The notes beneath the pieces were generated by a model that did not search any database, was not told the DNA's origin, and saw nothing but the letters and a program-made list of their open reading frames with translations. From an uncultured Verrucomicrobiae bacterium (GTDB lineage: Bacteria; Verrucomicrobiota; Verrucomicrobiia; Chthoniobacterales; JAFAMB01), in contig CAWAIK010000005.1 of the NCBI GenBank assembly GCA_963782115.1, forward strand, positions 96,001 through 160,000: a stretch of DNA of 64,000 bases, given 5' to 3'. A program made the translations under genes and the position numbers. Of this stretch, positions 63,831-64,000 are shown one piece after another. Within the stretch, counting starts at the first letter, position 1. Every line of letters begins with the position of its first letter.

Positions 63831-64000
63831 ATGACTGAATCACAAATTCACACCCACGATCGAGCCTTTGACTTCCTGAAGATCAATGAGCGCGCGGCCA
63901 AGCCGCGTTCACGCGGCGTGACGGAAATTCGCGGGCCGTATTACACACCCATGGGGAAATACTACCTGCAAGATGTTCTGGAGACAATGGGCGCGTACGT
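63831..64000 (+). CDS. comA: Phosphosulfolactate synthase ComA (runs off the window)
   Basis: KPRSRGVTEIRGPYY, downstream of prpD as in the copy A fusion. Confidence 0.8.
   Translation, partial: MTESQIHTHDRAFDFLKINERAAKPRSRGVTEIRGPYYTPMGKYYLQDVLETMGAY

Overview
The window has two parts. (1) 1-13.2 kb is mostly intact: LacI and RpiR/AlsR-like regulators sit ahead of a sugar uptake and catabolism operon (SIS isomerase, AlsB/RbsB-like ABC transporter, amidohydrolase, xylose-isomerase-like TIM barrel, SDR, PfkB kinase, broken RbsD/FucU), interspersed with REP-like and MITE-like repeats. (2) 13.4-64 kb is a dense mosaic of about 40 gene fragments joined at short microhomologies, with islands of intact genes (GH3/GH1 beta-glucosidase plus ABC cassette bounded by a 49-bp direct repeat, xylA, aldo/keto reductase, cupin, methyltransferase, PRC-barrel, DUF3088, Mug, glutaredoxin, DUF488, truncated haemoglobin). 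It holds remnants of an IncP-like traJ-traI mobilisation module, IS630/IS1634/IS1380/IS701-like elements, a group II intron RT and a possible orphan IS110-type non-coding end. It also holds two diverged, partly inverted copies of an NO/low-oxygen stress island (Crp/Fnr with a perfect TTGAT-N4-ATCAA box, qNOR, NsrR, USP, prpD-comA, sdh, fba) that lost different pieces. Gene content and repeat types suggest a soil Verrucomicrobia-like bacterium (inference). No rRNA, tRNA or CRISPR array was seen. All family calls come from motif recognition by eye, not database searches, and fragment boundaries are approximate.
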